A stretch of 24,455 bases of DNA, from the IMG/VR virus record IMGVR_UViG_3300036909_000037, positions 1-24,455 of that record; one strand, 5' to 3'. Origin of the DNA: a virus (lineage: Duplodnaviria > Caudoviricetes). Below the pieces are notes generated by a model. It did no database searches. It had not been told where the DNA came from and saw only the letters and a list, made by a program, of their open reading frames with translations. A program made the position numbers and the translations under genes. The first letter of the stretch is position 1, and every line of letters begins with the position of its first letter. This document shows positions 18,038 to 24,455 of the stretch, piece after piece.

Positions 18038-18326
18038 TTGTATTTCTCTCTTCCCATAAGGTACAGATCATTGCTTTGATTAAGTCTGGTAAAGGTCGTT
18101 TATCTTCACTATTAAACTCAAAGACCTCTAAGAAAGGTAGATCTGAATGCATCACGTCAAATACTTTGACTATATGTCTAAACTCCTTATGTCTTCGGTG
18201 GCCCCGGAGAGGAAGAGTTATAATTTGTATGGTTTCTATATGGTAGGTAATTTTACCTGTAGCTAACATTGCTTGAGCTTGCTGGTCTGGCTCCCCACAT
18301 TGTCCTGGATAATCTTCAAGTGACAT
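18030..18326 (-). CDS. Hypothetical protein
   Basis: 98-aa ORF with GAGG SD. Confidence 0.6.
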   Translation of the reverse strand: MSLEDYPGQCGEPDQQAQAMLATGKITYHIETIQIITLPLRGHRRHKEFRHIVKVFDVMHSDLPFLEVFEFNSEDKRPLPDLIKAMICTLWEERNTNG

Positions 18327-18381
18327 TTATTGATTCCTCTTTATTTATTAGTATAAGGATTTATATAAATTATTGATTTTA

Positions 18382-18780
18382 TTAGGATTCCCAGCTTTGG
18401 CCAACATCATACAGCTTCTCAACTTCTTCCCTATTACAATGCTTATCACATAAAGTATAGTGGGTACAATACCCAACTTCTATGTAATGAGCAGTAAAAT
18501 CTCCGCAAACCCTACATCTATGCATCGACTCACTAAGAGTACCTTTACGAAGATGGTGGTCTAACTGGTATTCTTTGTAACAGTTACAGGCATCTTCTTC
18601 AGTAAGATGCCCGTCTGTGTGGTGTTTATCTTTAAAAGATCTATATGTTTTTAGTTGTTCTTCACGCCAGTAATCTAATGATACTGGTTCTTCGAAGGCA
18701 GCACAATAACCTACAGGATAATCCCCACAAGTATAATCATACCGCCCATCTAGTCTTTTACGTGCAGAATAGTGTCTCAT
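18382..18780 (-). CDS. Cys/His-rich putative zinc-binding protein
   Basis: GYC...HHTDGH....ACNC and CRVC...LCDKH motifs. Confidence 0.6.
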   Translation of the reverse strand: MRHYSARKRLDGRYDYTCGDYPVGYCAAFEEPVSLDYWREEQLKTYRSFKDKHHTDGHLTEEDACNCYKEYQLDHHLRKGTLSESMHRCRVCGDFTAHYIEVGYCTHYTLCDKHCNREEVEKLYDVGQSWES

Positions 18781-18797
18781 CTTCCACCTAGTCCTAT

Positions 18798-19784
18798 TTA
18801 ATCAATAGGCACAAACCTAGTCTGAGTGAAGTCGATTTCTCCATGCTCGTCCTGGTATATTACTGTATATCCTAGAGCAGAAGGTCTTTGAGCACCCATT
18901 AGTTTGGGGTTCGATGCATAATCTGGTGTTTTAGAAAGGCATCCACATTCGAATACCCATATACCATAATCCCCGTAAAACATACCCGCTTGGTGTGTAT
19001 GGGCTTGGAACACAGCAGTAAATGGAGATACTAGTCCAGCTGGAATAGCATAAGACTGCAACCATTTTAGTGCTACACTTCCTGCATGTCCTGGAGTTCT
19101 AGAAAAGATTTCTGCATGACTGATAAGAGCTTTTCCTTCTTGCATAAAGAATCCAAACTTAGCATAGTCTTTTACTACAGGACGAACTAGTTCTACGTTT
19201 GGAAGATCTCTAGTAAGACAATAAATTGGGTCGGAAATGTCAAATTCCTCATCATGGTTGGAAAACTTAGCTAGAGTATTCATTGCTTCTAGTTCGAACG
19301 GATCTATACCCCTTTTTAGAAGTAGATGCTTTCTCCAGCGCTCATCATGATTGCCTGGAATTATCTTTATCTTACGAAAGTAAGAAGCTAGAGTATTAAT
19401 TACTGCTTTTCCTTGGGTAAACTCATACTGTAAAGAGTGATGTACGTCGAACTTATCATACCTAGAAACTGAAAGAAGATCCAGTAAATCCCCGCCTATA
19501 ATTAATAGATCTGTGGTTTCTGCTTCTTGAGATATTACTTTAGCTAAAGCTTCCTCATCGTGATATGGGACATGAAGGTCGTTTATAAGGACTATCTTCT
19601 TTTTCTTTCCTGTTGTTTTCTTTCCATATCGTGAAGTTGGGGCCTTTCCTGAGTATTTAATAAATTCATTGAATACTGACTCCGCTTCTTCTACGGATCC
19701 TTCTTTTGCTTTATGTTTTCCTGGTGCTAATCCTAATTCTCTAGTCGCTTTGCTGGTTGGTTTGTTTGCTGGTTTGCTGGACAT
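18798..19784 (-). CDS. Calcineurin-like metallophosphoesterase
   Basis: All five motifs present: NDLH, GGDLLD, GNHD, SH and AHTH; Lys-rich N-terminal extension. Confidence 0.9.
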   Translation of the reverse strand: MSSKPANKPTSKATRELGLAPGKHKAKEGSVEEAESVFNEFIKYSGKAPTSRYGKKTTGKKKKIVLINDLHVPYHDEEALAKVISQEAETTDLLIIGGDLLDLLSVSRYDKFDVHHSLQYEFTQGKAVINTLASYFRKIKIIPGNHDERWRKHLLLKRGIDPFELEAMNTLAKFSNHDEEFDISDPIYCLTRDLPNVELVRPVVKDYAKFGFFMQEGKALISHAEIFSRTPGHAGSVALKWLQSYAIPAGLVSPFTAVFQAHTHQAGMFYGDYGIWVFECGCLSKTPDYASNPKLMGAQRPSALGYTVIYQDEHGEIDFTQTRFVPID

Positions 19785-19787
19785 ATT

Positions 19788-20531
19788 TTACTTAGCCTCT
19801 TGAGGTTTCTCTTCTTTAAGATCTATTATATCTGTTTTATTGGCCAATCTTATGCGCTCTGCTTGTTTGGCCTGTTTAGACGATTGATCTGTGTTATTGC
19901 TTTTCCCTTCCCATCTAGCTTGTTTTGCTTTCTGTTCAGGAGTTATCATCCACTCTTTGAGTAGACGGGAGCGTATAAGTGATATTTGATCTAACCTTAG
20001 GACATTAGAGTGTATTGTCTTTTCCCAAGTTATTGGATCAAGTGTTTCTGGATGTACTTCCTTTGGATCAAGTTGTGTTAATCTGGCCGCGTCGCCTTTA
20101 GATACGATAGACGAACATCTCTGTTCTTGTACAGCTAACCATACAAGTTCCGATACAAACATTCTTTCCGATGCAGAAAGATCGAAGGCAGTCTTGTTTA
20201 ATTCAGCTACCCAAGACTTAAACTGTTCTCCTATAATATCTACTTCTATAGGACACAGTTCCCCTCTTGGGGCTTTCTTTGCTTTTAGTAATTCGCATTT
20301 AGCAGAGTAAGGGCATTTTTCATCGTCTGGGGTATGCTCTTGGTTGCCTGGACAAACTAGAGCTCCTCCTGCAGCGGGTCCTAATATAGTAAGTGCGCTG
20401 TTTAACCTATCTACATTGGCTTTTTCTTGTGTAGTAAGTTCGGCAGTATTAATAGATGGAAGTAGTATATCAACTAATTCTTTATCTGTTTTTATTAGTG
20501 CTGTATTGGGCAAAGCGGTTGCATCTGACAT
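19788..20531 (-). CDS. Cys-cluster helical protein, possible terminase small subunit
   Basis: C-x11-CPYSAKC-x12-CPIE putative zinc site, then two long helices ending LLKEWMITPEQK (resembling TerS L..LGLTP..R oligomerisation cores). The function call is tentative. Confidence 0.4.
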   Translation of the reverse strand: MSDATALPNTALIKTDKELVDILLPSINTAELTTQEKANVDRLNSALTILGPAAGGALVCPGNQEHTPDDEKCPYSAKCELLKAKKAPRGELCPIEVDIIGEQFKSWVAELNKTAFDLSASERMFVSELVWLAVQEQRCSSIVSKGDAARLTQLDPKEVHPETLDPITWEKTIHSNVLRLDQISLIRSRLLKEWMITPEQKAKQARWEGKSNNTDQSSKQAKQAERIRLANKTDIIDLKEEKPQEAK

Positions 20532-20565
20532 ATGTCTCTACTTAGTATACGTGGGTGGGAATATT

Positions 20566-20997
20566 TTAGTCTTTATCAAGTGGATATAATTTATATACAG
20601 AATAGGATTGAAGGAACATTCCTATATGGTCTTTACATACATAATAATTCCTAATTGGATCTGCTCCACATTGAACTTTAAACTCTGCTAACTGGGTGCA
20701 CTGCACAGATCTATAGTCTGAGTAATTACATAGAGTCCTAGACGATTGTGGCCAACAACCGGATCCATCAAAATCCTTACATAAAAGCTGGTATAGGCCA
20801 TTACTTTTCTTTAGGAAAAGATAAGGAGCATCTTCTCTACCACACTCGGTACAACAAGCCTTGGTTCCATAACTTAATTCAATCTTTTGATCTACTTCCT
20901 TAACCTCAGACAAATCATAGCTGTTTGGTGGCGCATCTCCATTAAAATGATGCTCATCAGGTCTATCTATATGGGTTCTATTCGTATTATCTGACAT
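20566..20997 (-). CDS. Cys-rich putative zinc-binding protein
   Basis: CTEC...LLC..C and C...C...C..H clusters. Confidence 0.6.
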   Translation of the reverse strand: MSDNTNRTHIDRPDEHHFNGDAPPNSYDLSEVKEVDQKIELSYGTKACCTECGREDAPYLFLKKSNGLYQLLCKDFDGSGCWPQSSRTLCNYSDYRSVQCTQLAEFKVQCGADPIRNYYVCKDHIGMFLQSYSVYKLYPLDKD

Positions 20998-20999
20998 AT

Positions 21000-21320
21000 T
21001 TAAATCTCCGAAACCGAAAGTAATTCTACTCCGGTAAGTCTAAAATCTATTGCTGGCAAAGGATATTCATCATACTTATCCAAATTAAGAACATGGGCTT
21101 CTACTTGTTCTATTGAGGGACGAGCATCTTCTCCCCCATTAACTACAATTGTATCTGTTACCCAATAGTCTGTTTCTTTTAGACCCTCCATAAGCTCTTC
21201 ATCTTCTTTATTCTCTTCTCCTAAAGTAGGCATCTTGTCTTTGTCTAGTAATGCCTCGAATGTTATGGCCCAGTGATGGGTTGGACTTGTTTCTAAATCT
21301 AATGGCATGTCTATGTTCAT
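21000..21320 (-). CDS. Acidic hypothetical protein
   Basis: 106 aa, Asp/Glu-rich; ATGA-coupled to the upstream gene. Confidence 0.6.
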   Translation of the reverse strand: MNIDMPLDLETSPTHHWAITFEALLDKDKMPTLGEENKEDEELMEGLKETDYWVTDTIVVNGGEDARPSIEQVEAHVLNLDKYDEYPLPAIDFRLTGVELLSVSEI

Positions 21321-21532
21321 TTGTGGCTCTCTTTATAAACAGAGGCTTTTACTACCTTGATTGTATTTGATAGTACTATCATCTCTGTATCATGGAACTT
21401 AACTTTAAAGTACTTATTCTGGCCAAGAATTGTATCAAATAACTGCTTAGCGTCTGTAAGAGAAGGAGCTTCTAAAACAACGCTGTTTGCTTCTAAGTAG
21501 GGAGTACTAAAGTGTACTGTATAAAGCTTCAT
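21317..21532 (-). CDS. Hypothetical protein
   Basis: 71 aa; ATGA overlaps on both sides; AGGAG SD. Confidence 0.65.
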   Translation of the reverse strand: MKLYTVHFSTPYLEANSVVLEAPSLTDAKQLFDTILGQNKYFKVKFHDTEMIVLSNTIKVVKASVYKESHK

Positions 21533-22026
21533 AATACAATCTCCTGAATTGGATGGTTGGGGTCGTGTATAACATCTGAAGTACTCAATTCTTGTATACC
21601 TAAGATAAGTATATATGATAACTTTTGTAAATCGGCTGCTTGTAAGATAGCTACTTCTGGGGCCGTATCTGTTCTACAAGTAAATACTAATTCTTTAGTT
21701 GGATCAGCTGGGCCGGCTGGATCTAATAAGTACTTTACTTTATATATTGTATAAGAGACGGTTAGATAAAAGGGTGTTATCTGACCCATGCCACTAGGAT
21801 ATAGATAGTAAGGGTAAGAGTAAGGTATAGTAGTTGCCATTTGGTAAAGTGGGCTATCGACTCCGTTATTTGGATAGTAATTAGGGTCTATAACTGAATA
21901 AGTTAAATTATTAGATGCGGTTTGTAGTGGACCCATAGTAAGAGTTGCTTCAGGATCAGATGGAGGAGAATCCTGAATATAATCCGATTGAAAGAAAGGA
22001 TTTGAACTTAAAGGATATGTAGGCAT
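21529..22026 (-). CDS. Hypothetical protein with Tyr/Pro-rich low-complexity N-terminus
   Basis: 165 aa; AAGGAG upstream; coupled to the next gene. Confidence 0.6.
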   Translation of the reverse strand: MPTYPLSSNPFFQSDYIQDSPPSDPEATLTMGPLQTASNNLTYSVIDPNYYPNNGVDSPLYQMATTIPYSYPYYLYPSGMGQITPFYLTVSYTIYKVKYLLDPAGPADPTKELVFTCRTDTAPEVAILQAADLQKLSYILILGIQELSTSDVIHDPNHPIQEIVL

Positions 22027-22217
22027 AAAGATGTTATCTTCTCCTTGGTGAATATCTTGGTTAGACAGGTATAAGCAGAAGATAAAGGTTTATCAGATAG
22101 TACATAGAACTCTTTTTCTACTTGCTCGTCGCCGGAAGTAATTATTTTACATGATACCTTAACTGGCTTTATTGTTTCTGTGAGCTGATTCGGAGAATAG
22201 TAAATACTATTAGCCAT
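22008..22217 (-). CDS. Hypothetical protein (start reassigned to MANSIY at 22217)
   Basis: GAGGT SD before ATG at 22217, 2 nt after the upstream stop; the track start at 22289 would overlap the upstream gene. Confidence 0.55.
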   Translation of the reverse strand: MANSIYYSPNQLTETIKPVKVSCKIITSGDEQVEKEFYVLSDKPLSSAYTCLTKIFTKEKITSLCLHIL

Positions 22218-22219
22218 AT

Positions 22220-22537
22220 TTATACCTCTACGTTTACACTTATTGAACTGTAAGTAATTGGATTTGGGCTTAATAAGGAAAATGAACACGGAGGTATTAT
22301 AAGGGGTTGTATATCAGATAATGTATATTTTCCTAGTATAGAAGTAAATATGTCATGCATTTCTAAGTAACTCATTTTGAAATGATAGGAGTCCGTGTTA
22401 ATAGATAATAGTTCCTCTGTTTTAGCCTGAAATTCAGCAAAAGTCTCTGCTTCCATATATATGTTTATAGTATGGCCGGCCGGAATTGAATATGGATTAT
22501 CCGATTCGAATATTACGGTTAGTTTATTTAGACTCAT
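22220..22537 (-). CDS. Hypothetical protein, possible distant member of the paralog array
   Basis: 105 aa; INIY and SYLEMHDIF motifs. Confidence 0.55.
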   Translation of the reverse strand: MSLNKLTVIFESDNPYSIPAGHTINIYMEAETFAEFQAKTEELLSINTDSYHFKMSYLEMHDIFTSILGKYTLSDIQPLIIPPCSFSLLSPNPITYSSISVNVEV

Positions 22538-22556
22538 TGTTTTTGTATCCCGTTGT

Positions 22557-22871
22557 CTAATGCCTTTCTTGGTTATAGAAGATTTGGGGAACCTTTAGAT
22601 TTATATCTAGATTACGTACCTTTCCAAGGTAAAGAAGGGTCGAACCAGTAGGAGTCATTCTTCCACCGGCTACTAAATATACAGTATGATAGTTTGGAGG
22701 TACTATGTCTGAAAGGGGGAACGACCCATTACCAGGCAATGAAAGATATACTAGTTCTTCAGGAATGTTATCGTCTTCCCCAAATAAGTAAATATCTATT
22801 TCCTTTGTCCGGCCCAGGACTCTATATGGATTGTGAGTTTCATTCCAATCTACTATTCTAAGACGCGTCAT
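22557..22871 (-). CDS. Hypothetical protein (start reassigned to MTRLRI at 22871), possible paralog-array member
   Basis: GAGGT SD before ATG at 22871; IDIY motif; about 104 aa like its neighbours. Confidence 0.55.
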   Translation of the reverse strand: MTRLRIVDWNETHNPYRVLGRTKEIDIYLFGEDDNIPEELVYLSLPGNGSFPLSDIVPPNYHTVYLVAGGRMTPTGSTLLYLGKVRNLDINLKVPQIFYNQERH

Positions 22872-23166
22872 TGTGTACCTCTTGGTCATAACCAAGTCTA
22901 TGCCAATCCCATCTTTTAAGCGAGAAGTATGCTCGTATGTAGTTAGGACCATGAAGCGGAATAACCGCTACTATTCTCTCTATGTCTTCGACTGAGAACA
23001 ATAAAGATAAATCAAAATAATCTAACTCTATTGTTAGTGGAAATCCAGCGGGAGTATCATAGCCACGTTCTCTATTTTTGTAATAAAGTTCAAACTGACT
23101 AAAACCCAAGTCTATATAGACGTTTATCTTTCCTTTACTCTTGAGTGTAATAACATAGTGAGTCAT
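22858..23166 (-). CDS. Hypothetical protein, paralog of 23163-23477
   Basis: THYVITLK, INVY, PAGF, LDYFDLSLL, EDIERI. Confidence 0.65.
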   Translation of the reverse strand: MTHYVITLKSKGKINVYIDLGFSQFELYYKNRERGYDTPAGFPLTIELDYFDLSLLFSVEDIERIVAVIPLHGPNYIRAYFSLKRWDWHRLGYDQEVHNDAS

Positions 23167-23477
23167 AAACCTAATCTATACCACTCATCATTAGAAAAAT
23201 ATGCCATCAAACGTACACGTTTAGGATCATTTGAAAAATATCTTTGAGGAAAAACTACACCTATCCTATGTATCTTCTCGGCCGGAATTAACAAAGACAT
23301 GTCAAAATAATCTAGGTCTCCATATAAAGGGTTACTAGGATTTAAGAATCCAAATGGATAAGAATAAGGATTTCGGCCGGACTCTACATAAATATGGATT
23401 GGCTTCTTGTAAACCTCGCTTGGATTAGAGCCTTTTAAACTTATCTCATAATGAGTCACTGCGTACCTCGCGGTCAT
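23163..23477 (-). CDS. Hypothetical protein, paralog of 22858-23166
   Basis: THYEISLK, IHIY, PFGF, LDYFDMSLL, EKIHRI. Confidence 0.65.
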   Translation of the reverse strand: MTARYAVTHYEISLKGSNPSEVYKKPIHIYVESGRNPYSYPFGFLNPSNPLYGDLDYFDMSLLIPAEKIHRIGVVFPQRYFSNDPKRVRLMAYFSNDEWYRLGL

Positions 23478-23483
23478 ACCCTC

Positions 23484-23511
23484 ATTATACCACTAAACTC
23501 CAGTAATTCAA
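23484..23511 (-). promoter_or_regulatory. Sigma70-like promoter
   Basis: Minus strand TTGAAT-N16-TATAAT with extended -10 (TGgTATAAT); the ATG at 23477 begins 7 nt after the -10 box. Confidence 0.6.
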
Positions 23512-23569
23512 TGATTCTAGTCATCACGAGGGCCTAAATTCTATATATTTTTGGGACTGGAAAAGGTAA
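23512..23569. repeat. Direct repeat copy A (degenerate)
   Basis: Blocks TTCTAGTCAT, TATATATTTTTG and GGTAA at nearly the same spacing as copies B and C. Confidence 0.7.
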
Positions 23570-23621
23570 AGTACTAGAAGAATCTATAGAGACATAGGGA
23601 TAGAAACTGTTGTAAGAACCT

Positions 23622-23685
23622 TGTTTCTAGTCATGTATGTAGGGTAGAAATTTATATATTTTTGTTCGACTCCTGGTAACTAGTA
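23622..23685. repeat. Direct repeat copy B (64 bp)
   Basis: 51 of 64 positions identical to copy C with no gaps, by hand alignment. Confidence 0.9.
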
Positions 23686-23704
23686 GTAGAAGAGAAATGT
23701 CTTA

Positions 23705-24136
23705 CTAAGAATCTTGGGCTTCAAGATATTTGATCGCAGATTTTAAGCTTTCTACATTGTCTTTGAAGCAACCGAGACCAATATTACAGTGACAACACAG
23801 TAACCCGCGAATTTTCCCCGTAGCATGATCGTGATCTATATGTGGTACGTTTCTTTTAATTCCAAATTCTGTAGAACCACAAATCTTGCATTTACTATCT
23901 TGCTTTATTAATATCTCTTGTATTTTTTCAGGAGTTAGTCCATAAACCTTCTTCAAATGACCAACCTTGTCTATAAGTTTCTTTTTAGCGATATATTCTA
24001 AACTACTTCTACTTCGTGTTCTACCTCTTTCACATACCTTACAATTAGACCTATAACCTATTTTTCTATGTGGATCTTTATAAAATCCGGCGAGAGGCTT
24101 TTCTATTCCACACTTTCGGCATACCTGGGTATCCAT
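23705..24136 (-). CDS. Endonuclease VII-domain (His-Me finger) protein, probable free-standing homing endonuclease
   Basis: CKICG...HIDHDHATGKIRGLLCCHCNIGLG.FKD......AIKYL; N-terminal CRKC...FYKD...CKVC zinc finger; AGGAG SD. Confidence 0.9.
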   Translation of the reverse strand: MDTQVCRKCGIEKPLAGFYKDPHRKIGYRSNCKVCERGRTRSRSSLEYIAKKKLIDKVGHLKKVYGLTPEKIQEILIKQDSKCKICGSTEFGIKRNVPHIDHDHATGKIRGLLCCHCNIGLGCFKDNVESLKSAIKYLEAQDS

Positions 24137-24146
24137 ATCTATCTCC

Positions 24147-24210
24147 TGTTTCTAGTCATGTATATAGCCCTAGAATTTATATATTTTTGGGGTACACCTG
24201 GTAATTAGTA
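24147..24210. repeat. Direct repeat copy C (64 bp)
   Basis: TGTTTCTAGTCATGTAT...AATTTATATATTTTTG...CCTGGTAA.TAGTA, matching copy B. Confidence 0.9.
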
Positions 24211-24272
24211 TAGAGTGGTGGATCAAAAGTGGTTTTCGAGCCCACCCCCTTCTAGTTATTAGGTATGTTGGA

Positions 24273-24301
24273 TTGCTACCAAGGAATGCAATCACTATAA
24301 T
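24273..24301 (+). promoter_or_regulatory. Sigma70-like promoter for the divergent plus-strand gene
   Basis: TTGCTA-N17-TATAAT, 21 nt upstream of ATG at 24323. Confidence 0.55.
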
Positions 24302-24322
24302 TCTCTTTGAAAGGGGAATCAA

Positions 24323-24455
24323 ATGACTAACTATGAAATCGCAAAAGGTAACGTTGTTCTCGCGGCGCAGGTAACTGGTGAGTTCATCAAGAACTCTGCA
24401 ATCGCATCGGTCCAGGAAACACTGGTAGCAGTGGGTTACACTACCTACGGCGTGG
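24323..24455 (+). CDS. Partial ORF (runs off the window's right edge), hypothetical protein
   Basis: AAGGGG SD then MTNYEIAKGNVVLAAQVTGEFIKNSAIASVQETLVAVGYTTYGV..., open to the end of the window. Confidence 0.65.
   Translation, partial: MTNYEIAKGNVVLAAQVTGEFIKNSAIASVQETLVAVGYTTYGV

Noticed and set aside
21000-22217. Second paralog family among four small ORFs
   Set aside because: Only a vague shared beta-beta-alpha pattern, with no alignable residues.
23512-24210. CRISPR array or IS/transposon ends
   Set aside because: Repeats are degenerate, about 60 bp, direct and irregularly spaced (110 and 525 bp); no cas or transposase gene and no terminal inverted repeats.
1-24455. Stop-codon reassignment (alternative genetic code)
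   Set aside because: Core genes are full length in the standard code with dense packing; readthrough of the TAG stops checked (11952, 10354, 4508, 23705) hits another stop within a few codons.
1-24455. tRNA or other structured RNA genes
   Set aside because: Intergenic gaps are short and no cloverleaf or T-loop signature was found by eye; a covariance-model scan was not run.

Overview
This AT-rich window comes from a large tailed dsDNA phage (Caudoviricetes), read in the standard genetic code. Almost all genes lie on the minus strand. Read from the right end they run: endonuclease VII-type nuclease between direct repeats; a tandem array of small paralogous proteins; Cys-rich proteins; possible small terminase; calcineurin-like phosphoesterase; an HExxH zincin; four glycine-zipper/membrane proteins; large terminase; two unknown genes; portal; a hidden 58-aa ORF; prohead protease-scaffold fusion; decoration-like protein; a Com-like zinc-ribbon protein; major capsid protein with terminator; Ig-like protein; lambda-R-type endolysin; holin-like protein; further virion/membrane genes. 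The strand switches at about 24.2 kb, where a sigma70-like promoter drives a partial plus-strand gene. The most interesting candidates are (i) a Mu com/mom-like translational switch placed in front of the major capsid gene, (ii) a three-block direct-repeat element around the endonuclease VII gene at the strand switch, and (iii) a glycine-zipper plus zincin cluster upstream of the terminase. All product calls come from motif recognition and gene order by eye; no database searches or folding computations were run.
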